A stretch of 64,000 nt of DNA, taken from NCBI GenBank assembly GCA_964016885.1, contig OZ024742.1, forward strand, positions 369,396,001 to 369,460,000, in the 5' to 3' direction. Made by a program: the position numbers and the translations under genes. This DNA is from Eledone cirrhosa. Lineage: Eukaryota. Shown here piece by piece: positions 45,260-58,800 of the stretch (position 1 is the stretch's first letter; each line of letters begins with the position of its first letter). A model generated the notes under the pieces. The model searched no databases, was not told the origin of the DNA, and saw only the letters and a program-made list of their open reading frames with translations.

Positions 45260-48200
45260 CTGTTGGCCAGTGATGTCTGGTCTATATACAGTGTTATGAG
45301 CAACTCTAAAGATGTCATGTTCAAATGTTGTATGATCACCATATTATATCTGTTGGCCAGTGATGTCTGGTCTATATACAGTGTTATGAGCAACTCTACA
45401 GATGTCATGTTCAAATGTTGTATGATCACCATATTATATCTGTTAGCCAGTGATATCTGGTCTATATACAGTGTTATGAGCAACTGTACAGATGTCATGT
45501 TCAAATGTGTATGATCGCAATATTATATCTGTTGGCCATTGATGTCTGGTCTATATAGAGTGTTATGAGCAACTCTACAGATCTCATGTTCAAATGTTGT
45601 ATGATCACCATATTATATCTGTTGGCCAGTGATATCTGGTCTATATACAGTGTTATGAGCAACTCTACAGATCTCTTGTTCAAATGTTGTATGATCACCA
45701 TATTATATCTGTTGGCCAGTGATGTCTGGTCTATATACAGTGTTATGAACAACTGTACAGATCTCATGTTCAAATGTTGTATGATCACCATATTATATCT
45801 GTTGGCCAGTGATGTCTGGTCTATATACAGTGTTATGAGCAACTGTACAGATCTCATGTTCAAATGTTGTATGATCACCATATTATATCTGTTGGCCAGT
45901 GATGTCTGGTCTATATACAGTGTTATGAGCAACTGTACAGATGTCATGTTCAAATGTTGTATGATCACCATATCATATCTGTTGGCCAGTGATGTCTGGT
46001 CTATATACAGTGATATGAGCAACTCTACAGATGTCATGTTCAAATGTTGTATGATCACCATATTATATCTGTTGGCCAGTGATGTCTGGTCTATATACAG
46101 TGTTATGAGCAACTGTACAGATGTCATGTTCAGATGTTGTATGATCACCATATTATATCTGTTGGCCAGTGATGTCGGGTCTATATACAGTGTTATGAGC
46201 AACTCTAAAGATGTCATGTTCAAATGTTGTATGATCACCATATTATATCTGTTGGCCAGTGATGTCTGGTCTATATACAGTGTTATGAGCAACTCTACAG
46301 ATCTCTTGTTCAAATGTTGTATGATCACCATATTATATCTGTTGGCCAGTGATGTCTGGTCTATATACAGTAATATGAGCAACTCTACAGATGTCATGTT
46401 CAAATGTTGTATGATCACCATATTATATCTGTTGGCCAGTGATGTCTGGTCTATATACAGTGATATGAGCAACTGTACAGATGTCTTGTTCAAATGTTGT
46501 ATGATCACCATATTATATCTGTTGGCCAGTGATGTCTGGTCTATATACAGTGTTATGAGCAACTGTACAGATGTCATGTTCAAATGTTGTATGATCGCAA
46601 TATTATATCTGTTGGCCAGTGATGTCTGGTCTATATACAGTGTTATGAGCAACTGTACAGATGTCATGTTCAAATGTTGTATGATCACCATATTATATCT
46701 GTTGGCCAGTGATGTCTGGTCTATATACAGTAATATGAGCAACTCTACAGATGTCATGTTCAAATGTTGTATGATCACCATATTATATCTGTTGGTCAGT
46801 GATGTCTGGTCTATATACAGTGATATGAGCAACTGTACAGATGTCTTGTTCAAATGTTGTATGATCACCATATTATATCTGTTGGCCAGTGATGTCTGGT
46901 CTATATACAGTGTTATGAGCAACTGTACAGATGTCATGTTCAAATGTTGTATGATCGCAATATTATATCTGTTGGCCAGTGATGTCTGGTCTATATACAG
47001 TGTTATGAGCAACTGTACTAATGTATTGTTCAAATGTTGTATGATCACCATATTATATCTGTTGGCCAGTGATGTCTGGTCTATATACAGTGTTATGAGT
47101 AACTCTAAAGATGTCATGTTCAAATGTTGTATGATCACCATATTATATCTGTTGGCCAGTGATGTCTGGTCTATATACAGTGTTATGAGCAACTATACAG
47201 ATGTCATGTTCAAATGTTGTATGATCACCATATTATATCTGTTGACCAGTGATGTCTGGTCTATATACAGTGTTATGAGCAACTGTACAGATGTCATGTT
47301 CAAATGTTGTATGATCACCATATTATATCTGTTGGCCAGTGATATCTGGTCTATATACAGTGATATGAGCAACTCTACAGATCTCATGTTCAAATGTTGT
47401 ATGATCACCATATTATATCTGTTGGCCAGTGATGTCTGGTCTATATACAGTGTTATGAGCAACTCTACAGATGTCATGTTCAAATGTTGTATGATCGCAA
47501 TATTATATCTGTTGGCCAGTGATGTCTGGTCTATATACAGTGTTATGAGCAACTCTAAAGACCTCATGTTCAAATGTTATATGATCACCATATTATATCT
47601 GTTGGCCAGTGATGTCTGGTCTATATACAGTGTTATGAGCAACTGTACAGATGTCATGTTCAAATGTTGTATGATCACCATATTATATCTGTTGGCCAGT
47701 ATGTCTGGTCTATATACAGTGTTATGAGCAACTCTACAGATCTCATGTTCAAATGTTGTATGAAAACCATATTATATCTGTTGGCCAGTGATGTCTGGTC
47801 TATATACAGTGTTATGAGCAACTGTACAAATGTCATGTTCAAATGTTGTATGATCACCATATTATATCTCTTGGCCAGTGATGTTTGGTCTATATACAGT
47901 GTTATTAGCAAGTGTACAGATGTCATGTTCAAATGTTGTATGATCACCATATTATATCTGTTGGCCAGAGATGTCTGGTCTATATACAGTGTTATGAGCA
48001 ACTCTACAGATCGCATGTTCAAATGTTGTATGATCACCATGTTATATCTGTTGGCCAGTGATGTCTGGTCTATATACAGTGTTATGAGCAACTCTACAGA
48101 TCTCTTGTTCAAATCTTGTATGATCACCATATTATATCTGTTGGCCAGTGATGTCTGGTTTATATACAGTGTTATGAACAACTCTACAGATCTCTTGTTC

Positions 48201-49870
48201 AAATGTTGTATGATCACCATATTATATCTGTTGGCCAGTGATGTCTGGTCTATATACAGTGTTATGAGCAACTGTACAGATGTCATGTTCAAATGTTGTA
48301 TGATCACCATATTATATCTGTTGGCCAGTGATGTCTGGTCTATATACAGTGTTATGAGCAACTGTACAGATGTCATGTTCAAATGTTGTATGATCACCAT
48401 ATTATATCTGTTGGCCAGTGATGTCTGGTCTATATACAGTGTTATGAGCAACTCTAAAGATGTCATGTTCAAATGTTGTATGATCACCATATTATATCTG
48501 TTGGCCAGTGATGTCTGGTCTATATACAGTGTTATGAGCAACTCTACAGATGTCATGTTCAAATGTTGTATGATCACCATATTATATCTGTTAGCCAGTG
48601 ATATCTGGTCTATATACAGTGTTATGAGCAACTGTACAGATGTCATGTTCAAATGTGTATGATCGCAATATTATATCTGTTGGCCATTGATGTCTGGTCT
48701 ATATAGAGTGTTATGAGCAACTCTACAGATCTCATGTTCAAATGTTGTATGATCACCATATTATATCTGTTGGCCAGTGATATCTGGTCTATATACAGTG
48801 TTATGAGCAACTCTACAGATCTCTTGTTCAAATGTTGTATGATCACCATATTATATCTGTTGGCCAGTGATGTCTGGTCTATATACAGTGTTATGAACAA
48901 CTGTACAGATCTCATGTTCAAATGTTGTATGATCACCATATTATATCTGTTGGCCAGTGATGTCTGGTCTATATACAGTGTTATGAGCAACTGTACAGAT
49001 CTCATGTTCAAATGTTGTATGATCACCATATTATATCTGTTGGCCAGTGATGTCTGGTCTATATACAGTGTTATGAGCAACTGTACAGATGTCATGTTCA
49101 AATGTTGTATGATCACCATATCATATCTGTTGGCCAGTGATGTCTGGTCTATATACAGTGATATGAGCAACTCTACAGATGTCATGTTCAAATGTTGTAT
49201 GATCACCATATTATATCTGTTGGCCAGTGATGTCTGGTCTATATACAGTGTTATGAGCAACTGTACAGATGTCATGTTCAGATGTTGTATGATCACCATA
49301 TTATATCTGTTGGCCAGTGATGTCGGGTCTATATACAGTGTTATGAGCAACTCTAAAGATGTCATGTTCAAATGTTGTATGATCACCATATTATATCTGT
49401 TGGCCAGTGATGTCTGGTCTATATACAGTGTTATGAGCAACTCTACAGATCTCTTGTTCAAATGTTGTATGATCACCATATTATATCTGTTGGCCAGTGA
49501 TGTCTGGTCTATATACAGTAATATGAGCAACTCTACAGATGTCATGTTCAAATGTTGTATGATCACCATATTATATCTGTTGGCCAGTGATGTCTGGTCT
49601 ATATACAGTGATATGAGCAACTGTACAGATGTCTTGTTCAAATGTTGTATGATCACCATATTATATCTGTTGGCCAGTGATGTCTGGTCTATATACAGTG
49701 TTATGAGCAACTGTACAGATGTCATGTTCAAATGTTGTATGATCGCAATATTATATCTGTTGGCCAGTGATGTCTGGTCTATATACAGTGTTATGAGCAA
49801 CTGTACAGATGTCATGTTCAAATGTTGTATGATCACCATATTATATCTGTTGGCCAGTGATGTCTGGTCT
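45260..49870. repeat. About 1.5 copies of a 35-mer (3148-bp) higher-order unit; duplicated at about 55967-60577 (offset 10707)
   Basis: T-deletions at about 45508 and 48656 are 3148 apart. ORFs 45565..47727 and 47664..48662 translate identically to 56272..58434 and 58371..59369. Confidence 0.88.
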
Positions 49871-50029
49871 ATATACAGTGTTATGAGCAACTGTACAGAT
49901 GTCATGTTCAAATGTTGTATGATCGCAATATTATATCTGTTGGCCAGTGATGTCTGGTCTATATACAGTGTTATGAGCAACTGTACAGATGTCTTGTTCA
50001 AATGTTGTATGATCACCATATTATATCTG

Positions 50030-53000
50030 TTGGCCAGTGATGTCTGGTCTATATACAGTGTTATGAGCAACTGTACAGATGTCATGTTCAAATGTTGTAT
50101 GATCACCATATTATATCTGTTGGCCAGTGATGTCTGGTCTATATACAGTGTTATGAGCAACTGTACAGATGTCATGTTCAAATGTTGTATGATCACCATA
50201 TTATATCTGTTGGCCAGTGATGTCTGGTCTATATACAGTGTTATGAGCAACTGTACAGATGTCAGGTTCAAATGTTGTATGATCACCATATTATATCTGT
50301 TGGCCAGTGATGCCTGGTCTATATACAGTGTTATGAGCAACTCTAAAGATGTCATGTTCAAATGTTGTATGATCACCATATTATATCTGTTGGCCAGTGA
50401 TGTCTGGTCTATATACAGTGTTATGAGCAACTCTACAGATGTCATGTTCAAATGTTGTATGATCACCATATTATATCTGTTAGCCAGTGATATCTGGTCT
50501 ATATACAGTGTTATGAGCAACTGTACAGATGTCATGTTCAAATGTTGTATGATCACCATATTATATCTGTTGGCCAGTGATATCTGGTCTATATACAGTG
50601 TTATGAGCAACTCTACAGATCTCTTGTTCAAATGTTGTATGATCACCATATTATATCTGTTGGCCAGTGATATCTGGTCTATATACAGTGTTATGAGCAA
50701 CTCTACAGATCTCTTGTTCAAATGTTGTATGATCACCATATTATATCTGTTGGCCAGTGATGTCTGGTCTATATACAGTGTTATGAGCAACTCTACAGAT
50801 GTCATGTTCAAATGTTGTATGATCACCATATTATATCTGTTGGCCAGTGATGTCTGGTCTATATACAGTGTTATGAGCAACTGTACAGATCTCATGTTCA
50901 AATGTTGTATGATCACCATATTATATCTGTTGGCCAGTGATGTCTGGTCTATATACAGTGTTATGAGCAACTGTACAGATCTCATGTTCAAATGTTGTAT
51001 GATCACCATATTATATCTGTTGGCCAGTGATGTCTGGTCTATATACAGTGTTATGAGCAACTGTACAGATGTCATGTTCAAATGTTGTATGGTCACCATA
51101 TTATATCTGTTGGCCAGTGATGTCTGGTCTATATAAAGTGTTATGAGCAACTGTACAGATGTCATGTTCAAATGTTGTATGATCACCATATCATATCTGT
51201 TGGCCAGTGATGTCTGGTCTATATACAGTGATATGAGCAACTGTACAGATGTCATGTTTAAATGTTGTATGATCACCATATTATGTCTGTTGGCCAGTGA
51301 TGTCTGGTCTATATACAGTGTTATGAGCAACTGTACAGATGTCATGTTCAAATGTTGTATGATCGCAATATTATATCTGTTGGCCAGTGATGTCTGGTCT
51401 ATATACAGTGATATGAGCAACTCTACAGATGTCATGTTCAAATGTTGTATGATCACCATATTATATCTGTTGGCCAGTGATGTCTGGTCTATATACAGTG
51501 TTATGAGCAACTGTACAGATGTCATGTTCAGATGTTGTATGATCACCATATTATATCTGTTGGCCAGTGATGTCTGGTCTATATACAGTGTTATGAGCAA
51601 CTGTACAGATGTCATGTTCAGATGTTGTATGATCACCATATTATATCTGTTGGCCAGTGATGTCGGGTCTATATACAGTGTTATGAGCAACTCTAAAGAT
51701 GTCATGTTCAAATGTTGTATGATCACCATATTATATCTGTTGGCCAGTGATGTCTGGTCTATATACAGTGTTATGAGCAACTCTACAGATCTCTTGTTCA
51801 AATGTTGTATGATCACCATATTATATCTGTTGGCCAGTGATGTCTGGTCTATATACAGTAATATGAGCAACTCTACAGATGTCATGTTCAAATGTTGTAT
51901 GATCACCATATTATATCTGTTGGCCAGTGATGTCTGGTCTATATACAGTGATATGAGCAACTGTACAGATGTCTTGTTCAAATGTTGTATGATCACCATA
52001 TTATATCTGTTGGCCAGTGATGTCTGGTCTATATACAGTGTTATGAGCAACTGTACAGATGTCATGTTCAAATGTTGTATGATCGCAATATTATATCTGT
52101 TGGCCAGTGATGTCTGGTCTATATACAGTGTTATGAGCAACTGTACAGATGTCATGTTCAAATGTTGTATGATCACCATATTATATCTGTTGGCCAGTGA
52201 TGTCTGGTCTATATACAGTGTTATGAGCAACTGTACAGATGTCATGTTCAGATGTTGTATGATCACCATATTATATCTGTTGGCCAGTGATGTCTGGTCT
52301 ATATACAGTGTTATGAGCAACTGTACAGATGTCATGTTCAAATGTTATATGATCACCATATTATATCTGTTGGCCAGTGATATCTGGTTTATATACACTG
52401 TTATGAGCAACTCTACAGATCTCATGTTCAAATGTTATATGATCACCATATTATATCTGTTGGCCAGTGATGTCTGGTCTATATACACTGTTATGAGCAA
52501 CTGTACAGATGTCATGTTCAAATGTTATATGATCACCATATTATATCTGTTGGCCAGTGATATCTGGTCTATATACAGTGTTATGAGCAACTCTACAGAT
52601 CTCTTGTTCAAATGTTGTATGATCACCATATTATATATGTTGGCCAGTGATGTCTGGTCTATATACAGTGTTATGAGCAACTGTACAGATGTCATGTTCA
52701 AATGTTGTATGATCACCATATTATATCTGTTGGCCAGTGATGTCTGGTCTATATACAGTGTTATGAGCTACTCTAAAGATGTCATGTTCAGATGTTGTAT
52801 GATAACCATATTATATCTGTTGGCAAGTGATGTCTGGTCTATATACAGTGTTATGAGCAACTGTACAGATCTCATGTTCAAATGTTGTATGATCACCATA
52901 TTATATCTGTTGGCCAGTGATGTCTGGTCTATATACAGTGTTATGAGCAACTGTACAGATGTCATGTTCAAATGTTGTATGATCACCATGTTATATCTGT

Positions 53001-55250
53001 TGGCCAGTGATATCTGGTCTATATCCAGTGTTATGAGCAACTGTACAGATCTCATGTTCAAATGTTGTATGATCACCATATTATATCTGTTGGCCAGTGA
53101 TGTCTGGTCTATATACAGTGTTATGAGCAACTCTACAGATGTCATGTTGAAATGTTGTATGATCACCATATTATATCTGTTGGCCAGTGATGTCTGGTCT
53201 ATATACAGTGTTATGAGCAACTGTACAGATGTCATGTTCAGATGTTGTATGATCACCATATTATATCTGTTGGCCAGTGATGTCGGGTCTATATACAGTG
53301 TTATGAGCAACTCTAAAGATGTCATGTTCAAATGTTGTATGATCACCATATTATATCTGTTGGCCAGTGATGTCTGGTCTATATACAGTGTTATGAGCAA
53401 CTCTACAGATCTCTTGTTCAAATGTTGTATGATCACCATATTATATCTGTTGGCCAGTGATGTCTGGTCTATATACAGTAATATGAGCAACTCTACAGAT
53501 GTCATGTTCAAATGTTGTATGATCACCATATTATATCTGTTGGCCAGTGATGTCTGGTCTATATACAGTGATATGAGCAACTGTACAGATGTCTTGTTCA
53601 AATGTTGTATGATCACCATATTATATCTGTTGGCCAGTGATGTCTGGTCTATATACAGTGTTATGAGCAACTGTACAGATGTCATGTTCAAATGTTGTAT
53701 GATCGCAATATTATATCTGTTGGCCAGTGATGTCTGGTCTATATACAGTGTTATGAGCAACTGTACAGATGTCATGTTCAAATGTTGTATGATCACCATA
53801 TTATATCTGTTGGCCAGTGATGTCTGGTCTATATACAGTGTTATGAGCAACTGTACAGATGTCATGTTCAGATGTTGTATGATCACCATATTATATCTGT
53901 TGGCCAGTGATGTCTGGTCTATATACAGTGTTATGAGCAACTGTACAGATGTCATGTTCAAATGTTATATGATCACCATATTATATCTGTTGGCCAGTGA
54001 TATCTGGTTTATATACACTGTTATGAGCAACTGTACAGATCTCATGTTCAAATGTTATATGATCACCATATTATATCTGTTGGCCAGTGATGTCTGGTCT
54101 ATATACACTGTTATGAGCAACTGTACAGATGTCATGTTCAAATGTTATATGATCACCATATTATATCTGTTGGCCAGTGATATCTGGTCTATATACAGTG
54201 TTATGAGCAACTCTACAGATCTCTTGTTCAAATGTTGTATGATCACCATATTATATATGTTGGCCAGTGATGTCTGGTCTATATACAGTGTTATGAGCAA
54301 CTGTACAGATGTCATGTTCAAATGTTGTATGATCACCATATTATATCTGTTGGCCAGTGATGTCTGGTCTATATACAGTGTTATGAGCTACTCTAAAGAT
54401 GTCATGTTCAGATGTTGTATGATAACCATATTATATCTGTTGGCAAGTGATGTCTGGTCTATATACAGTGTTATGAGCAACTGTACAGATCTCATGTTCA
54501 AATGTTGTATGATCACCATATTATATCTGTTGGCCAGTGATGTCTGGTCTATATACAGTGTTATGAGCAACTGTACAGATGTCATGTTCAAATGTTGTAT
54601 GATCACCATGTTATATCTGTTGGCCAGTGATATCTGGTCTATATCCAGTGTTATGAGCAACTGTACAGATCTCATGTTCAAATGTTGTATGATCACCATA
54701 TTATATCTGTTGGCCAGTGATGTCTGGTCTATATACAGTGTTATGAGCAACTCTACAGATGTCATGTTGAAATGTTGTATGATCACCATATTATATCTGT
54801 TGGCCAGTGATGTCTGGTCTATATACAGTGATATGAGCAACTCTACAGATGTCATGTTCAAATGTTGTATGATCACCATATTATATCTGTTGGCCAGTGA
54901 TGTCTGGTCTATATACAGTGTTATGAACAACTCTACAGATCTCTTGTTCAAATGTTGTATGATCACCATATTATATCTGTTGGCCAGTGATGTCTGGTCT
55001 ATATACAGTGTTATGAGCAACTCTACAGATGTCATGTTGAAATGTTGTATGATCACCATATTATATCTGTTGGCCAGTGATATCTGGTCTATATACAGTG
55101 ATATGAGCAACTGTACAGATGTCATGTTCAAATGTTGTATGATCACCATATTATATCTGTTGGCCAGTGATGTCTGGTCTATATACAGTGTTATGAGCAA
55201 CTGTACAGATGTCATGTTCAAATGTTGTATGATCACCATATTATATCTGT
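50030..55250. repeat. Dispersed copy of block about 30500-35540 (offset 19527, then 19707), containing a tandem 18-mer (1620 bp)
   Basis: GTCAGG at 30738/50265, ORF starts 31616/51143 and ORFs 32998/52525 are offset 19527. ORFs 34438/54145 are offset 19707. Internal repeat 52525 to 54145 is 1620 bp. Confidence 0.88.
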
Positions 55251-55879
55251 TGACGAGTGATGTCTGGTCTATATACAGTGATATGAGCAACTCTACAGAT
55301 GTCATGTTCAAATGTTGTATGATCACCATTTTATATCTGTTGGCCAGTGATGTCTGGTCTATATACAGTGTTATGAGCAACTGTACAGATGTCATGTTCG
55401 AATGTTGTATGATCACCATATTATATCTGTTGGCCAGTGATGTCTGGTCTATATACAGTGTTATGAGCAACTCTACAGATCTCATGTTCAAATGTTGTAT
55501 GATCACCATATTATATCTGTTGGCCAGTGATGTCTGGTCTATATACAGTGTTATGGGCAACTGTACAGATCTCATGTTCAAATGTTGTATGATCACCATA
55601 TTATATCTGTTGGCCAGTAATGTCTGGTCTATATACAGTGTTATGAGCAACTCTACAGATGTCATGTTCAAATGTTGTATGATCACCATATTATATCTGT
55701 TGACGAGTGATGTCTGGTCTATATACAGTGATATGAGCAACTCTACAGATGTCATGTTCAAATGTTGTATGATCACCATTTTATATCTGTTGGCCAGTGA
55801 TGTCTGGTCTATATACAGTGTTATGAGCAACTGTACAGATGTCATGTTCGAATGTTGTATGATCACCATATTATATCTG

Positions 55880-58800
55880 TTGGCCAGTGATGTCTGGTCT
55901 ATATACAGTGTTATGAGCAACTGTACAGATGTCATGTTCAAATGTTGTATGATCACCATATTATATCTGTTGGCCAGTGATGTCTGGTCTATATACAGTG
56001 TTATGAGCAACTCTAAAGATGTCATGTTCAAATGTTGTATGATCACCATATTATATCTGTTGGCCAGTGATGTCTGGTCTATATACAGTGTTATGAGCAA
56101 CTCTACAGATGTCATGTTCAAATGTTGTATGATCACCATATTATATCTGTTAGCCAGTGATATCTGGTCTATATACAGTGTTATGAGCAACTGTACAGAT
56201 GTCATGTTCAAATGTGTATGATCGCAATATTATATCTGTTGGCCATTGATGTCTGGTCTATATAGAGTGTTATGAGCAACTCTACAGATCTCATGTTCAA
56301 ATGTTGTATGATCACCATATTATATCTGTTGGCCAGTGATATCTGGTCTATATACAGTGTTATGAGCAACTCTACAGATCTCTTGTTCAAATGTTGTATG
56401 ATCACCATATTATATCTGTTGGCCAGTGATGTCTGGTCTATATACAGTGTTATGAACAACTGTACAGATCTCATGTTCAAATGTTGTATGATCACCATAT
56501 TATATCTGTTGGCCAGTGATGTCTGGTCTATATACAGTGTTATGAGCAACTGTACAGATCTCATGTTCAAATGTTGTATGATCACCATATTATATCTGTT
56601 GGCCAGTGATGTCTGGTCTATATACAGTGTTATGAGCAACTGTACAGATGTCATGTTCAAATGTTGTATGATCACCATATCATATCTGTTGGCCAGTGAT
56701 GTCTGGTCTATATACAGTGATATGAGCAACTCTACAGATGTCATGTTCAAATGTTGTATGATCACCATATTATATCTGTTGGCCAGTGATGTCTGGTCTA
56801 TATACAGTGTTATGAGCAACTGTACAGATGTCATGTTCAGATGTTGTATGATCACCATATTATATCTGTTGGCCAGTGATGTCGGGTCTATATACAGTGT
56901 TATGAGCAACTCTAAAGATGTCATGTTCAAATGTTGTATGATCACCATATTATATCTGTTGGCCAGTGATGTCTGGTCTATATACAGTGTTATGAGCAAC
57001 TCTACAGATCTCTTGTTCAAATGTTGTATGATCACCATATTATATCTGTTGGCCAGTGATGTCTGGTCTATATACAGTAATATGAGCAACTCTACAGATG
57101 TCATGTTCAAATGTTGTATGATCACCATATTATATCTGTTGGCCAGTGATGTCTGGTCTATATACAGTGATATGAGCAACTGTACAGATGTCTTGTTCAA
57201 ATGTTGTATGATCACCATATTATATCTGTTGGCCAGTGATGTCTGGTCTATATACAGTGTTATGAGCAACTGTACAGATGTCATGTTCAAATGTTGTATG
57301 ATCGCAATATTATATCTGTTGGCCAGTGATGTCTGGTCTATATACAGTGTTATGAGCAACTGTACAGATGTCATGTTCAAATGTTGTATGATCACCATAT
57401 TATATCTGTTGGCCAGTGATGTCTGGTCTATATACAGTAATATGAGCAACTCTACAGATGTCATGTTCAAATGTTGTATGATCACCATATTATATCTGTT
57501 GGTCAGTGATGTCTGGTCTATATACAGTGATATGAGCAACTGTACAGATGTCTTGTTCAAATGTTGTATGATCACCATATTATATCTGTTGGCCAGTGAT
57601 GTCTGGTCTATATACAGTGTTATGAGCAACTGTACAGATGTCATGTTCAAATGTTGTATGATCGCAATATTATATCTGTTGGCCAGTGATGTCTGGTCTA
57701 TATACAGTGTTATGAGCAACTGTACTAATGTATTGTTCAAATGTTGTATGATCACCATATTATATCTGTTGGCCAGTGATGTCTGGTCTATATACAGTGT
57801 TATGAGTAACTCTAAAGATGTCATGTTCAAATGTTGTATGATCACCATATTATATCTGTTGGCCAGTGATGTCTGGTCTATATACAGTGTTATGAGCAAC
57901 TATACAGATGTCATGTTCAAATGTTGTATGATCACCATATTATATCTGTTGACCAGTGATGTCTGGTCTATATACAGTGTTATGAGCAACTGTACAGATG
58001 TCATGTTCAAATGTTGTATGATCACCATATTATATCTGTTGGCCAGTGATATCTGGTCTATATACAGTGATATGAGCAACTCTACAGATCTCATGTTCAA
58101 ATGTTGTATGATCACCATATTATATCTGTTGGCCAGTGATGTCTGGTCTATATACAGTGTTATGAGCAACTCTACAGATGTCATGTTCAAATGTTGTATG
58201 ATCGCAATATTATATCTGTTGGCCAGTGATGTCTGGTCTATATACAGTGTTATGAGCAACTCTAAAGACCTCATGTTCAAATGTTATATGATCACCATAT
58301 TATATCTGTTGGCCAGTGATGTCTGGTCTATATACAGTGTTATGAGCAACTGTACAGATGTCATGTTCAAATGTTGTATGATCACCATATTATATCTGTT
58401 GGCCAGTATGTCTGGTCTATATACAGTGTTATGAGCAACTCTACAGATCTCATGTTCAAATGTTGTATGAAAACCATATTATATCTGTTGGCCAGTGATG
58501 TCTGGTCTATATACAGTGTTATGAGCAACTGTACAAATGTCATGTTCAAATGTTGTATGATCACCATATTATATCTCTTGGCCAGTGATGTTTGGTCTAT
58601 ATACAGTGTTATTAGCAAGTGTACAGATGTCATGTTCAAATGTTGTATGATCACCATATTATATCTGTTGGCCAGAGATGTCTGGTCTATATACAGTGTT
58701 ATGAGCAACTCTACAGATCGCATGTTCAAATGTTGTATGATCACCATGTTATATCTGTTGGCCAGTGATGTCTGGTCTATATACAGTGTTATGAGCAACT